From a virus (Duplodnaviria > Caudoviricetes): a stretch of DNA of 27,330 nt. The notes beneath the pieces were generated by a model, which was given only the letters and a program-made list of their open reading frames with translations, was not told the origin of the DNA and made no database searches. The position numbers were made by a program, and so were the translations under genes. Each line of letters begins with the position of its first letter. The stretch's first letter is position 1. Positions 8,661 through 19,098 of this stretch are shown piece by piece. The stretch lies in the IMG/VR virus record IMGVR_UViG_3300035216_000727, positions 1 to 27,330 of that record; one strand, 5' to 3'.

Positions 8661-10226
8661 ATGCCTGCGATAATTACTGAACAATTTAGGGTGATGAACG
8701 CCGAAACCTTTGTCAATAGTTTGGTTTCGGTAGGTAACACTGCTAACACTTATTATACTTTTATTGGCCAACCAAACAGTCTGGATATCCAGGCAGGTGG
8801 TTCAGCAGATTGGGGAAATGGATTACCACCCCTTGATGGTTTTGAAGAGGAAAATTCAATAAAAGAAACTATTCTTGCTATGAAAAAGGTGACAAAGCAA
8901 GATGTTAGGAGAATGATTAGAAAGGTAAATTGGGTTTCCGGTTCTACCTATGAGATGTACCGTCATGACTATAATATTTACAGTCAGACCCCAGTAACTA
9001 ATCAACCAAATCTTTACTCTTCTAATTTTTATGTAATTAATGAAGACTTTAGAGTCTATACTTGTTTGCAGAATGGTACTGACCCAGAAAACCCTAAAGG
9101 TAGACCATCATTTGACCAACCTTCTTTTGTTGACCTTGAACCAAGACCAGCAGGAACTAGTGGTGATGGTTATATTTGGAAATATTTGTTTACAGTAAAA
9201 CCATCAGAAATTGTAAAATTTGATTCTATTGAATTTATACCTGTTCCTGAAGATTGGGGAATTAAAGGAGAAACAGTTTCTACTAAGAATAACGCAATTG
9301 ATGGTAAAGTTGAGGTAATTGCAATTACCAGCAGAGGAATTGGTTATCAACCAATTTCAAAATCATTTACTAATATTCCAATTCTTGGAGATGGTGAAGG
9401 TGGAAAGGCAACTGTCACTGTGGATTCATTTGGAAAGGTATCTGAAATATTTGTTACTGATGGTGGTAAAGGATATACAAAAGGTATTATTGAATTTAAA
9501 CCAGGTGCTCCTGGAATACCATCCGAACTATCCAACTCTGGTTCATTATCAACTTTTGATGTAATTATTCCACCAAAAGGTGGTCACGGGTATGATATTT
9601 ACAGAGAACTTGGTGCTTATCGAGTTTTAGTTTATTCTCGTTATTTAACTGATGAGTCAAATCCAGATATTATTTTAGGAAACGACTTTGCTAGAGTTGG
9701 AATTATTAAAAATCCAATGATTCTAGGTAGTGATACTGAAAGACTTACGACAGGTGAAGTAAGTGCATTAAACTCTGTAAAGTTATCTGGGGTTACAACT
9801 CAAACAACATATCCAGTTGATTCGATTATCACCCAAACTACTGGTGCAGGTGTTACTGCCATTGGTTTTGTTGCCTCTTGGGATGATATTACTGGTGTTC
9901 TTAAATACTATCAACCTGTTGGGTTAGCAACTGAAGGGGTTAATTATAAAATTAATAACTTCTCTTCTTCAATTGCTGGTGGTGGATCATACAGTATTAA
10001 CTGTCCAAAGGTTATTGGTCCAGCACTTAGTGTTGATACGAATTTTACGGGTATTAGCACCCTAATAAATAATAGGACATATCAGCTGGGAAGTAATTTT
10101 GTGTCTGGTATTTCGTCAGCAGAGTATAATAAAAAATCTGGTGAAATCATCTATATTGATAACAGAAGGGCAATTCCAAGGTCCACAAGCCAAAAAGAAG
10201 ATATCAAAATCGTATTGGAGTTCTAA
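8661..10226 (+). CDS. g8: Baseplate wedge subunit gp8
   Basis: MPAIITEQFRVMNAETF start; W.SG..YEMYRHDY, FYVINEDFRVYTCLQNG, DGYIWKYLFT, DVIIPPKGGHG and the C-terminal SGEIIYIDNR..I.R...QKEDIKIVLEF are hallmark gp8 motifs of T4-like phages. Confidence 0.92.
   Translation: MPAIITEQFRVMNAETFVNSLVSVGNTANTYYTFIGQPNSLDIQAGGSADWGNGLPPLDGFEEENSIKETILAMKKVTKQDVRRMIRKVNWVSGSTYEMYRHDYNIYSQTPVTNQPNLYSSNFYVINEDFRVYTCLQNGTDPENPKGRPSFDQPSFVDLEPRPAGTSGDGYIWKYLFTVKPSEIVKFDSIEFIPVPEDWGIKGETVSTKNNAIDGKVEVIAITSRGIGYQPISKSFTNIPILGDGEGGKATVTVDSFGKVSEIFVTDGGKGYTKGIIEFKPGAPGIPSELSNSGSLSTFDVIIPPKGGHGYDIYRELGAYRVLVYSRYLTDESNPDIILGNDFARVGIIKNPMILGSDTERLTTGEVSALNSVKLSGVTTQTTYPVDSIITQTTGAGVTAIGFVASWDDITGVLKYYQPVGLATEGVNYKINNFSSSIAGGGSYSINCPKVIGPALSVDTNFTGISTLINNRTYQLGSNFVSGISSAEYNKKSGEIIYIDNRRAIPRSTSQKEDIKIVLEF
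10064..10071 (+). promoter_or_regulatory. Possible gene-internal late promoter (AATAAATA) for the downstream VrlC-like gene
   Basis: 7/8 match to TATAAATA about 160 nt upstream of ATG 10233. The intergenic gap is only 6 nt, so any dedicated promoter must lie inside gp8. Confidence 0.4.
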
Positions 10227-10232
10227 AGTCAA

Positions 10233-13200
10233 ATGCCACAAAATACCAATTTAAATGTATCTCCATACTTTGATGATTTTGATTCAAGTAAGAATTATCA
10301 AAGGGTTTTATTCAAACCAGCAACACCACTACAAGCAAGGGAACTAACTACTCTACAATCTATTCTTCAGAATCAGATTGAAAAGTTTGGGCAACACTTC
10401 TTCAAAGAAGGTTCTGTTGTCATCCCTGGTCAAATTGCTTATGATTCTGAGTATACTTCAGTTCAGATTGATGAATCCCACTTAGGTGTTCCTATATCTC
10501 TTTATATTAAGAGTCTAGTTGGAAAGACAATTAGAGGAGAAGTCAGTGGAGTAAAGGCAAAGATTGAAAATTATATTACAAATTCCCAGTCAGAAAGAGA
10601 TAACTATACACTATATCTTAAATATCAGAGCTCAAGTTCTAATGACTTTTTGACTGATAAGTTTTTAGATGGTGAAAATCTTGTAGCAGAAGAAGATATT
10701 TTTTATGGAGTTTCTGCGATTAGAGATGGATCTACACTTGCAACTACAATTATACAGAATTCTACATCAATAGGTTCTGCTGTAAAGATTGCTTCTGGAG
10801 TCTACTTCATCAGGGGATTTTTCGTAGAAGTAAATCCACAAACAGTAATTTTAGACCAGTATACAAATTCTCCAACATATAGAGTTGGTTTGCTTATTAA
10901 TGAGGAATTAGCAGTTGCTTCTAATTCTTATGAGGACCTATTTGATAATGCACAAGGATTCTCTAATTTCTCTGCACCTGGTGCAGATAGATTATCATTT
11001 GGCATATCTTTAATTAAAAAAGAAATTGATGATTTCAATGATGAAAATTTCATTGAACTTCTAAGAGTAGAAAATGGTGATCTTCATACATTTGTAAAAG
11101 AAACTAATTATAATTTAATCAGAGATGAGTTAGCAAGAAGAACATATGATGAATCTGGTGATTATTATGTAAGGCCATTTTCTATCTCTGTAAGAGAATC
11201 TCTTAATAATAGAATCGGAAATAATGGTATATTCAATGAGACTCAGGCAACTAAGTCTGGAAATAGTCCAAATGATAACTTAGGATCATTATTAGTATCT
11301 CCAGGTAAGGCAGTAGTTCGTGGTTATCCAATTGAAACTATCGACACAACAATTGTTGATTTTGAAAAACCAAGAACTACAGAAAAGGCAGAAAACCAAG
11401 CAATTCCATTTAGTGTTGGTAGACAAATTTTTATTAATAATCTAAATGGTGCTGCTCCTGTTGGATTTGGGACTACTTCACAGGTAGAACTTTATGACAC
11501 AAGAACTGCGGTTAATGGTGTTCCATCTGGACAAAAAATTGGTATCGCAAGACTATATGACTTAAAACCAAGAAATGTAGCATATCAAGATGCCAAAACC
11601 CAATATGAGGCATCTTTATATGATGTTCAAACGTACACTGTATTACTTTTGAATGCAACGACAACTCTAGATAAATCAACTTATATTGAGGGCAATTCTA
11701 GTGGTGCTAGTGGATTTATTGTTGAGGATGTAGTAGCATCAAACCTAGTAAGACTATACCAAGTTTCAGGAACATTTAAGAAGGAAGAATCATTATCGAT
11801 TAATGGTATTCCTGATGGTAGAATTATTACAAATATCCGTGATTTCTCCTTGGGAGATGTTCACCAACTTGTTAGTGATAATTCTTCTTCTGGTATTGGA
11901 ACATTTACAGCAGACCCAGTATTATCACAATCAACTATTCTTACCGAACCTGGTTCTCAATTCACTATCTCTGCAGAGACTCTGGGTATCAGTACAGTAA
12001 CCAGTTCAAGTCCATCACCATTTGTGGGAATTCAAACTGGTGATGTTGTAACCTACACAAAGCAAGGTTTTACGATTCCAACATTGAATAAGGTCATTGA
12101 AGTAACACAAAGTGAGATAAAAATTTCTTCGACTACTGATTTAGCAAATATCAACGACGGTTCTCTTCCAACTGTTGGAATTACTGCTAATGACTTCAAG
12201 AAAGTATCTTTGGAAGTACTTAATACCTCTAATGCTTTCCTATATGCTACGTTAAACAACAAAAATATTGAAAGTCTTGACCTAAGCACGTCTTCAATCA
12301 TCACTAGAAAGTCATATAGTGTAACTGTTGTATCGAATGCTTTCGCAGCAACTCTAGAATCCGATATTGATTTAACTCTAGAACCATTTGATGAGGAAGA
12401 TTTTAACCTTTCATATGTTGCTGGTGATATCGAACCATTAACTAATCAAAAAGTTGCTATATCGGGAAGAACTATTGGTCTCAGTAATTTAACACAAAAT
12501 GGTCCTGCAGTTCTCACAGTTACGTATAAAAAGGTAAATACTACTGAAAAGACAAAGAATTTTAACAGATGCGAAAGTTTAATAGTTAATGGATCAAATA
12601 AAATTGCATCTGGTGTTGGAAGAACTACACTCAATGATGGTCTTATTCATAGAGAATACTATGGATTAAGAGTTCAGGATAGAGATATTTCTATCAATGT
12701 TCCTGATGCTATTAATATTCTTGGGATTTATGAGTCATCAACTGTAAATGACCCAACACTTCCAAGAATTCATTTCAGTGCTCTAAATTCAAATATCGGA
12801 AATTTAATTCGGGGTGAACGAATTATTGGTGCAACTACTGGAGCAGTAGCAGCATTTGTAGCATCGGATGGAAATAATATTGCAGAAGTGGTTTATCTTA
12901 ATGAGAATAGATTTGCACTTAATGAAGAAGTTACTTTCCAGGAAACAAACATCGTTGGGACAGTTAGTGCTATTGATGTTGGTGATAAAAATATCAAAGG
13001 AAACTTTATTCTTGATAACGGACAAAGACCAGAACTTTATGACTATGCAAGACTAATTAGAAAATCTGGAGTATCTGCACCCACCAAGAAAATTAGAGTA
13101 ATTTATAATGCATATACAATTTCTCCATCATCTGAAGGTGATTTTGTTTCTGTAGACTCTTATGGAAGAGATAGATACAGCAATGATATTGCAAGTATAA

Positions 13201-16200
13201 ATGGTAATAGAAATTCTGATATTATTGATTTAAGACCAAGAGTCACGGTGTTTGATTCGGCAACTGCGGATAAATCACCGTTTGAATTTAATTCAAGACT
13301 GTTTGAATTAAATGCAAACTCATCAAATTCTATTATAGCAAAAGATAGAACAATCAATCTATCATATAATTATTATTTACCTAGAATTGATAGATTGTTC
13401 CTAACTAAAGACGGAACATTTACTGTCAATAGAGGTGTTCCATCATTGTCACCAAAGTCACCAAATAAATTAGATTCAGCACTAGAAGTTGCTACTCTTT
13501 ATTTCCCAGCATATCTTTACAATGTTAAAGATATAAGAGTATCGTTGTCAACTCATAAGAGATATACCATGAAGGATATCTCTAGACTTGAAGATAGATT
13601 ATCTAATGTTGAATTTTATAGTTCTTTGTCTCTACTAGAGACTGATACTAAAAATCTTTCAATTAGAGACCCACAAACTGGTCTTGATAAGTTCAAATCA
13701 GGTTTCTTTGTAGATAACTTTAAGTCTTATGATGGTGGTGACCTATCAAACCCAGTTTACAGAGCATCTGTAGATACTGCTTATGGTTATCTGAGACCAC
13801 AGCATTATACAACTTCTATTGACTTAGTTGTTGGTTCTGAGGCAGTTATTGGTATTGGAACTACCTCCGACCCTGATGTTGACCTAAGATTTGCTACGGA
13901 TTTAGGTAATAGTAATGTTAAGAGAATTAACGATGTTGTTCTTCTTGACTATACCGATAAAATTTACATTGAAAATAGATTTGCTACTAGAGTTGAGAAT
14001 GTAAATCCATTCAACACACCAAGTTGGATTGGTAGTATTGAATTAAATCCATCCACGGATACTTGGGTAGAGACCAGAAGAACTGAAAGAACAGATGATG
14101 TTGAGGGAAATTTTGAAGCAACAATGAATCAACTTGGTGCGGATACCAATACTGGTTTATCACCAGTCAATTGGAATGCATGGGAAACTAACTGGGTTGG
14201 TGTAAACAATGTAGAGGGACCAGCAATCACACAAATTCAGAATGGTTCTAGGATTGTAAATACAAGCACCACCAATGATTGGTGGAGCAGAACTACTACA
14301 ACTACTTGGGAAGATTCGTTTACTCAGTTTAGAAATGATACTTTCACTACTACAACAGACCAGTCTAGACAAGGAATACAGTTTGGTGTAAGTGAAAGAT
14401 TTGATAGTGTAAATCTTGGTGATAGATTAGTTTCTAGAGTTATGATTACTTTAATGAGATCTAGAAATGTCGAGGCAATTGCTAGAAGGATGAAACCATC
14501 TACTAGATTCTATGCATTCTTTGACAATACTGATGTAACCACATTTGTAGTTCCAAAACTTATCGAAGTTAGAATGACTAGTGGAACCTTCCAAGAAGGT
14601 GAAACTGTCACTGGATTTGTCCCAGTTTCTGGAACAAATCGGTCAATCACTTTCCGTCTTGCACAGCAAAATCATAAGTATGGTCCTTACAATATTCCTA
14701 ATGAACAGTATAAGGAAAATCCATATAATCCGAATAGTACATTATCCAACTCTTATTCATCAACAACTACTGTATTGAATGTTGATACTGCAAGTCTTGA
14801 AAATCAGGCAGATTCAAGATTCTTTGGATCTATTATTAAAGATATGCAACTTGTTGGTTCTCAAAGTAACGCAGTTGCGACAGTTTCTGATATTAGACTT
14901 ATTTCTGACTCTTCAGGAACTCTAATTGCTTCACTATTCGTTCCTGACCCAACTATTCCATCAAATCCAACGTTTGAAACTGGAACTAAGACTCTCAAAC
15001 TGACTACCAGTCAAATTAATAGTGATATTGCTGGAATCTCGGACAGTATGGCAGAGGCAAACTTTACTTCAAGTGGTAACATCGATAATATTGAGAATAC
15101 CACTCTCAGAATTAGAAATGCTGAAGTCGAGAGAAATATTAGAAATGAAAATAGAACACTGACTGAGACAGAAGACAGATTAGTTGCTAACACAATTACA
15201 ACTAATCGGTTAGAGACATCTAGAGTAAGAATTAGATGGGTTGACCCCCTGGCACAAACTTTCCAGGTTCTTGATAATAACGGAGTCTTCATAACTAAAT
15301 GTGAGGTATTCTTCCAATCAATTGACCCAGGAAGTATTCCATGTACTCTAGAAATTAGAACTTCTGAACTTGGTCAACCGACACAGGAAATTTTACCTTT
15401 CGGTGAGATTACTCTAGACCCAAGTCAAATTAATGTTTCCGATGATGCGTCTGTTCCAACAACATTCACATTCCCAGCACCAGTATTCTTAGAAGGAGGT
15501 AATGACTATGCTTTAGTCATACTTTCAAATTCTAATGAGTATAATGTTTGGATTTCTAGAATGACTGAGGTTGATGTTTCAACCAGTAACAAACCAGAAG
15601 CAGAGAAGATTATTGTTTCACAGCAACCTTCACTTGGTTCATTGTTTAAGTCTCAAAATGGTGCAATTTGGGAACCTTCACAACTTGAAGACCTTAAGTT
15701 CAACCTTTATAGGGCAGAATTTACGTCTCAAACAGGAAGTTTCCGTTTCTATAACCCAGATTTGGGTGTAGGTAATAGACAGATTGCTTCTCTGAGAGCA
15801 AATCCAATTGTTTCTTACTCAAAAGAAGTGTTAGTTGGTATGTCTGGAAGTTTGACTTCAACAGATGTCACTAATTTAATTCCAGGAACATCGATATACC
15901 AATCAAATTATCCAAATTTCTCAGGAAAACTGAAGAGTATTGTTGGTACAGTTGGTATCGGTAGTGATTTGGATATTACCAATTCTGGTACTGGATATAC
16001 CGGAAATGCAACATACAGCAATGCACCATTAACAACTATTAATGGTAAAGGATTTGGTGGTAAGGTCAATATCACAGTTGAGGGTGGTGTTGCAGTAGCA
16101 GCAACCGTATCTATTGGTGGTACTGGATATGCAATGGGTGATACATTAACGGTAAACCCACAATATACCGGAGACTTTGGTGAAAATCTAATTATTTCTA

Positions 16201-17765
16201 TTCCAAATTCAGTCGGTGTTATAACATCATTTAACTCTATTATTGTAGACCAAGTACAAGATGAACTGAATGCTTCTGGAATTGGAAATGAAATTTCCTA
16301 TGTTAACCCCAGCAATGGTATTTCTACAATTAGTAATGGGTATGTAACTTATACTGAAACATTAAATGATGGTTTGCACTTTAAGGTTAACCATAATAAT
16401 CATGGTATGTATAATATTTCTAACAATGTTACTCTATATGGAATTGAATCAGATGTTTCTCCAGAAAAATTAGGTGTTGACTATAATCAGTCCTCTACTG
16501 GTCAAATACAACTTTCCAATGTTGGAATTTTCACTGCATTTGAAAATCTACCAGTATCTACTGATAATCCAGGATATATTAAGATTAACCATGAAGTCAT
16601 CAAGTATACATCAGTAGATACTTCACTAAATCAACTTAGTGGTATTACTAGAGGCATTGATGAAAATATAAACGATGTCTATCCCTCAGTTATTGTTAGT
16701 TTGCACCCAACAGGTTCACCAGTCTTCAAGTATGAATTCAATGGTGTGTCTATAAGAAGAATTAATAGAACTCATGAGTTAAACCTTGTTTCTGCTAAGT
16801 ATCCTATTGAAATGGATAGTTATCATATCAAAATTGTAACAAATGAAAATGGTAAGGATAGACTATTCGGTCCACCAAAACTACATTTCAATGAGTCTAA
16901 GACTGGTGGAACATATGATATGAATATTTCCGCACCAGGATCTAACATTCTTGGTGGTCCAAAGGCTTCACAAAATATTCAATTTGATAGTATCAGACCA
17001 AATATTCAAAGACTTTTGCCTGAATCTACAATCATTGATGCAAAGATTAAAACAATTAGTGGTACTAGTGTGGATGGTTCTGAAACATCATTCCGCAGTA
17101 GTGGACTTGAATCAATTTCACTAAATTCAAATAACCTCTTTAATTCTCCAAGAATTATTGCTTCTAGAGTGAATGAAATTAAACATCTACAAAGCAATAC
17201 TGGTTATAAATCATTTGAAATCGAGATGAGTCTAGCAACAACAGACACTAAAGTTTCTCCAGTTATCGATTTGGATAGAGTCAATGTTATAACAACAATG
17301 AATAGGATTGACAAACCAGTTGATAATATGCTTACAGACAAAAGAGTCAATAGTCTTTTCGATGACCCACATTCTGCAATCTATGTTTCAAGAGTAATTA
17401 GATTAGAAAAGGGTTCTACTGGTCTTAAGGTTTACTTTGATGCCTATAGAGATGCATCTAATGAACTCATTGTCATGTATAGATTACTAAGACCTGACAC
17501 CCCAGATAATCAAGAATTATTTGAATTTATGCCAGGTTTTGGAAATATTGATAGTAATGGAAACATTATTGATCCAAAAAACAATAATGGACTACCTGAT
17601 AGAAAAGTTAATCCATCAGCATCTCCTTCTGATTTAAGGTCTTATGAATTTACATCTAAAGAAGTCCCATTATTTGATGGATTCCAAATAAAAATTATTA
17701 TGACTGGAACAAATCATGCATATGTTCCAAAGATTAAGGATTTGAGAGCAATTGCAACTGTCTAA
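10233..17765 (+). CDS. Large virion structural protein, VrlC-like / DUF4815 family (2510 aa)
   Basis: MPQNTNLNVSPYFDDFD..KNYQRVLFKP..PLQARELTTLQSILQNQIEKFG.H.FKEGS, APGADRL, LARRTYDESGDY, RYTMKDISRLEDRLSNVEFYSSLSLLE, FKSGFFVDNF, DPLAQTF and PKIKDLRAIA match the conserved giant protein that follows gp8 in T4-like cyanophages. Confidence 0.85.
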   Translation: MPQNTNLNVSPYFDDFDSSKNYQRVLFKPATPLQARELTTLQSILQNQIEKFGQHFFKEGSVVIPGQIAYDSEYTSVQIDESHLGVPISLYIKSLVGKTIRGEVSGVKAKIENYITNSQSERDNYTLYLKYQSSSSNDFLTDKFLDGENLVAEEDIFYGVSAIRDGSTLATTIIQNSTSIGSAVKIASGVYFIRGFFVEVNPQTVILDQYTNSPTYRVGLLINEELAVASNSYEDLFDNAQGFSNFSAPGADRLSFGISLIKKEIDDFNDENFIELLRVENGDLHTFVKETNYNLIRDELARRTYDESGDYYVRPFSISVRESLNNRIGNNGIFNETQATKSGNSPNDNLGSLLVSPGKAVVRGYPIETIDTTIVDFEKPRTTEKAENQAIPFSVGRQIFINNLNGAAPVGFGTTSQVELYDTRTAVNGVPSGQKIGIARLYDLKPRNVAYQDAKTQYEASLYDVQTYTVLLLNATTTLDKSTYIEGNSSGASGFIVEDVVASNLVRLYQVSGTFKKEESLSINGIPDGRIITNIRDFSLGDVHQLVSDNSSSGIGTFTADPVLSQSTILTEPGSQFTISAETLGISTVTSSSPSPFVGIQTGDVVTYTKQGFTIPTLNKVIEVTQSEIKISSTTDLANINDGSLPTVGITANDFKKVSLEVLNTSNAFLYATLNNKNIESLDLSTSSIITRKSYSVTVVSNAFAATLESDIDLTLEPFDEEDFNLSYVAGDIEPLTNQKVAISGRTIGLSNLTQNGPAVLTVTYKKVNTTEKTKNFNRCESLIVNGSNKIASGVGRTTLNDGLIHREYYGLRVQDRDISINVPDAINILGIYESSTVNDPTLPRIHFSALNSNIGNLIRGERIIGATTGAVAAFVASDGNNIAEVVYLNENRFALNEEVTFQETNIVGTVSAIDVGDKNIKGNFILDNGQRPELYDYARLIRKSGVSAPTKKIRVIYNAYTISPSSEGDFVSVDSYGRDRYSNDIASINGNRNSDIIDLRPRVTVFDSATADKSPFEFNSRLFELNANSSNSIIAKDRTINLSYNYYLPRIDRLFLTKDGTFTVNRGVPSLSPKSPNKLDSALEVATLYFPAYLYNVKDIRVSLSTHKRYTMKDISRLEDRLSNVEFYSSLSLLETDTKNLSIRDPQTGLDKFKSGFFVDNFKSYDGGDLSNPVYRASVDTAYGYLRPQHYTTSIDLVVGSEAVIGIGTTSDPDVDLRFATDLGNSNVKRINDVVLLDYTDKIYIENRFATRVENVNPFNTPSWIGSIELNPSTDTWVETRRTERTDDVEGNFEATMNQLGADTNTGLSPVNWNAWETNWVGVNNVEGPAITQIQNGSRIVNTSTTNDWWSRTTTTTWEDSFTQFRNDTFTTTTDQSRQGIQFGVSERFDSVNLGDRLVSRVMITLMRSRNVEAIARRMKPSTRFYAFFDNTDVTTFVVPKLIEVRMTSGTFQEGETVTGFVPVSGTNRSITFRLAQQNHKYGPYNIPNEQYKENPYNPNSTLSNSYSSTTTVLNVDTASLENQADSRFFGSIIKDMQLVGSQSNAVATVSDIRLISDSSGTLIASLFVPDPTIPSNPTFETGTKTLKLTTSQINSDIAGISDSMAEANFTSSGNIDNIENTTLRIRNAEVERNIRNENRTLTETEDRLVANTITTNRLETSRVRIRWVDPLAQTFQVLDNNGVFITKCEVFFQSIDPGSIPCTLEIRTSELGQPTQEILPFGEITLDPSQINVSDDASVPTTFTFPAPVFLEGGNDYALVILSNSNEYNVWISRMTEVDVSTSNKPEAEKIIVSQQPSLGSLFKSQNGAIWEPSQLEDLKFNLYRAEFTSQTGSFRFYNPDLGVGNRQIASLRANPIVSYSKEVLVGMSGSLTSTDVTNLIPGTSIYQSNYPNFSGKLKSIVGTVGIGSDLDITNSGTGYTGNATYSNAPLTTINGKGFGGKVNITVEGGVAVAATVSIGGTGYAMGDTLTVNPQYTGDFGENLIISIPNSVGVITSFNSIIVDQVQDELNASGIGNEISYVNPSNGISTISNGYVTYTETLNDGLHFKVNHNNHGMYNISNNVTLYGIESDVSPEKLGVDYNQSSTGQIQLSNVGIFTAFENLPVSTDNPGYIKINHEVIKYTSVDTSLNQLSGITRGIDENINDVYPSVIVSLHPTGSPVFKYEFNGVSIRRINRTHELNLVSAKYPIEMDSYHIKIVTNENGKDRLFGPPKLHFNESKTGGTYDMNISAPGSNILGGPKASQNIQFDSIRPNIQRLLPESTIIDAKIKTISGTSVDGSETSFRSSGLESISLNSNNLFNSPRIIASRVNEIKHLQSNTGYKSFEIEMSLATTDTKVSPVIDLDRVNVITTMNRIDKPVDNMLTDKRVNSLFDDPHSAIYVSRVIRLEKGSTGLKVYFDAYRDASNELIVMYRLLRPDTPDNQELFEFMPGFGNIDSNGNIIDPKNNNGLPDRKVNPSASPSDLRSYEFTSKEVPLFDGFQIKIIMTGTNHAYVPKIKDLRAIATV

Positions 17766-17968
17766 TGAAACCAATTAAAGATAATAATGGTCTTCTTAGA
17801 GATGAGAGGACCAATGCCGTCATTAATGCGAATGATGTTGAGTTTGATGCCTATATGGCAGAAAAAAATAGAAGACTTTCCGAAAAGAAAGACATCCATA
17901 ACATGAAAAAAGATATTGATGAGATAAAGGATGCTCTTCACCTTATAATTAACAAGCTAAATACCTAA
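17765..17968 (+). CDS. Small conserved hypothetical phage protein with C-terminal coiled coil (67 aa)
   Basis: TAATG overlap with the upstream stop. L.RD..TNA.IN motif plus a heptad-like C-terminus (MKKDIDEIKDALHLII). I recall this gene in the same position after VrlC-like genes. Confidence 0.75.
   Translation: MKPIKDNNGLLRDERTNAVINANDVEFDAYMAEKNRRLSEKKDIHNMKKDIDEIKDALHLIINKLNT
17956..17963 (+). promoter_or_regulatory. Putative late promoter (GCTAAATA) overlapping the 3' end of the 67-aa gene
   Basis: CTAAATA core about 20 nt upstream of ATG 17983, the same spacing as at the other late promoters here. Confidence 0.55.
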
Positions 17969-17982
17969 AAGTACCTTTTGCT

Positions 17983-18318
17983 ATGGCAGCAAAGATAATC
18001 AACCTAGTTGTAGAACAAAATTCTGATTTTCAGGCAACCATTACCATTTCAAATGATAATGGTACTAAGTTAAATTTGTCTAACTATACTGCGTCCTGTA
18101 AAGTTAAAAAGAGTGCATCTTCTAGCAGTACCTCTGCTACAATGACAGTTTCATTTGTAGACAGGGTTAATGGAAAGATTATGCTATCTATGGACTCAAC
18201 TGCAACTGCTTCACTCCCTGGTGGGAGGCATGTTTATGATGTAATTATCACATCACCATCTAATTTTGTCACAAGAGTCATTCAAGGAAGTCTACTAGTT
18301 AACCCAGGAGTTAGCTAA
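17983..18318 (+). CDS. Small virion structural beta-sandwich protein (111 aa), possible fibre adaptor or collar
   Basis: Pattern NL..EQ..DF...ITI......LNLSNYT....VKK...G.I.LS.....T..L..GR.VYDV.I.......RV..G...V.PGV, a common T4-like phage structural family. A fold like BppU-N or T5 p132 is my inference. Confidence 0.7.
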   Translation: MAAKIINLVVEQNSDFQATITISNDNGTKLNLSNYTASCKVKKSASSSSTSATMTVSFVDRVNGKIMLSMDSTATASLPGGRHVYDVIITSPSNFVTRVIQGSLLVNPGVS

Positions 18319-19028
18319 TGACACAAAACTATGAGGTTACGGTAACATCTCCATCTTTAACAGTAAATGTCGATGAAAGTGGTGCTTTTAGTGCTGCTGT
18401 CAATTATGAAGCACCAACAAGAAGTATTCAGCATACTAATTTAATACTTGATGATTTTTCTGCTGGATTTGATGGTGCCACAAAAATATTTCCATTGACA
18501 GTTAATGGTGTTGCATACTCACCATCAAATGAGCAGCAACTAATTATTCAAGTTAATGGTGTTGTTTTACGACCAGCTATTGATTATACGATTTCTGGTT
18601 CAACTATAACATTTGTTGTTGCACCTACTAATAGTCAGATTTTTTCTGGTGTTGCCTTACAAACAATTGCTGATATAACAAGAACTGTTGTTTTTCATAT
18701 TGATAATGGTTCTAATGATATTACAACAGGAAGTAAGGGTGTTTTAACACTAGATGTTGCAGGAACAATTGAAGAGTGGAGAGTATTATCTGACCAAACT
18801 GGTATTATTGCTGTAGATATTGAAAAATCTACTTTTAATGACTATCCAAATAACTTTTCATCTATAGTTGGTAGTGAATATCCTACTCTTATAAATCAAA
18901 ATAAGCGTAAAGATGACGACTTAACAACCTGGACAAAAAACCTTGCATTAGGTGATGTTCTTAAATTTGTAGTTCTATCATGCACAGGAATTCAAAAATG
19001 TTCTGTGTTCTTGAAGTTGAAACTATAG
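18318..19028 (+). CDS. Putative virion structural protein (236 aa)
   Basis: TAATG coupling to the upstream gene. Carries the LDD.S..FDG....F.LT...QL.I.VNGV...P..DYTISGSTITF..AP module also present in the gp7-like protein, plus a beta-rich C-terminal domain. Confidence 0.7.
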   Translation: MTQNYEVTVTSPSLTVNVDESGAFSAAVNYEAPTRSIQHTNLILDDFSAGFDGATKIFPLTVNGVAYSPSNEQQLIIQVNGVVLRPAIDYTISGSTITFVVAPTNSQIFSGVALQTIADITRTVVFHIDNGSNDITTGSKGVLTLDVAGTIEEWRVLSDQTGIIAVDIEKSTFNDYPNNFSSIVGSEYPTLINQNKRKDDDLTTWTKNLALGDVLKFVVLSCTGIQKCSVFLKLKL

Positions 19029-19045
19029 CATCACTTATAAATCGT

Positions 19046-19053
19046 TATAAATA
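19046..19053 (+). promoter_or_regulatory. T4 late promoter consensus TATAAATA
   Basis: Perfect consensus in the intergenic region; a near copy TATAAATC sits 10 bp upstream (19036-19043). Confidence 0.8.
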
Positions 19054-19084
19054 AATCTAGAAAGCATTCCAATAAACGTAAGAT

Positions 19085-19089
19085 AGGAG
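19085..19089 (+). promoter_or_regulatory. Shine-Dalgarno AGGAG
   Basis: AGGAG ends 9 nt before ATG 19099. Confidence 0.75.
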
Positions 19090-19098
19090 ACTTTATCA

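Noticed and set aside
10233-17765. Virulence role implied by the VrlC name
   Set aside because: The name comes from homology to a Dichelobacter locus; here context and conservation indicate an ordinary phage structural protein.
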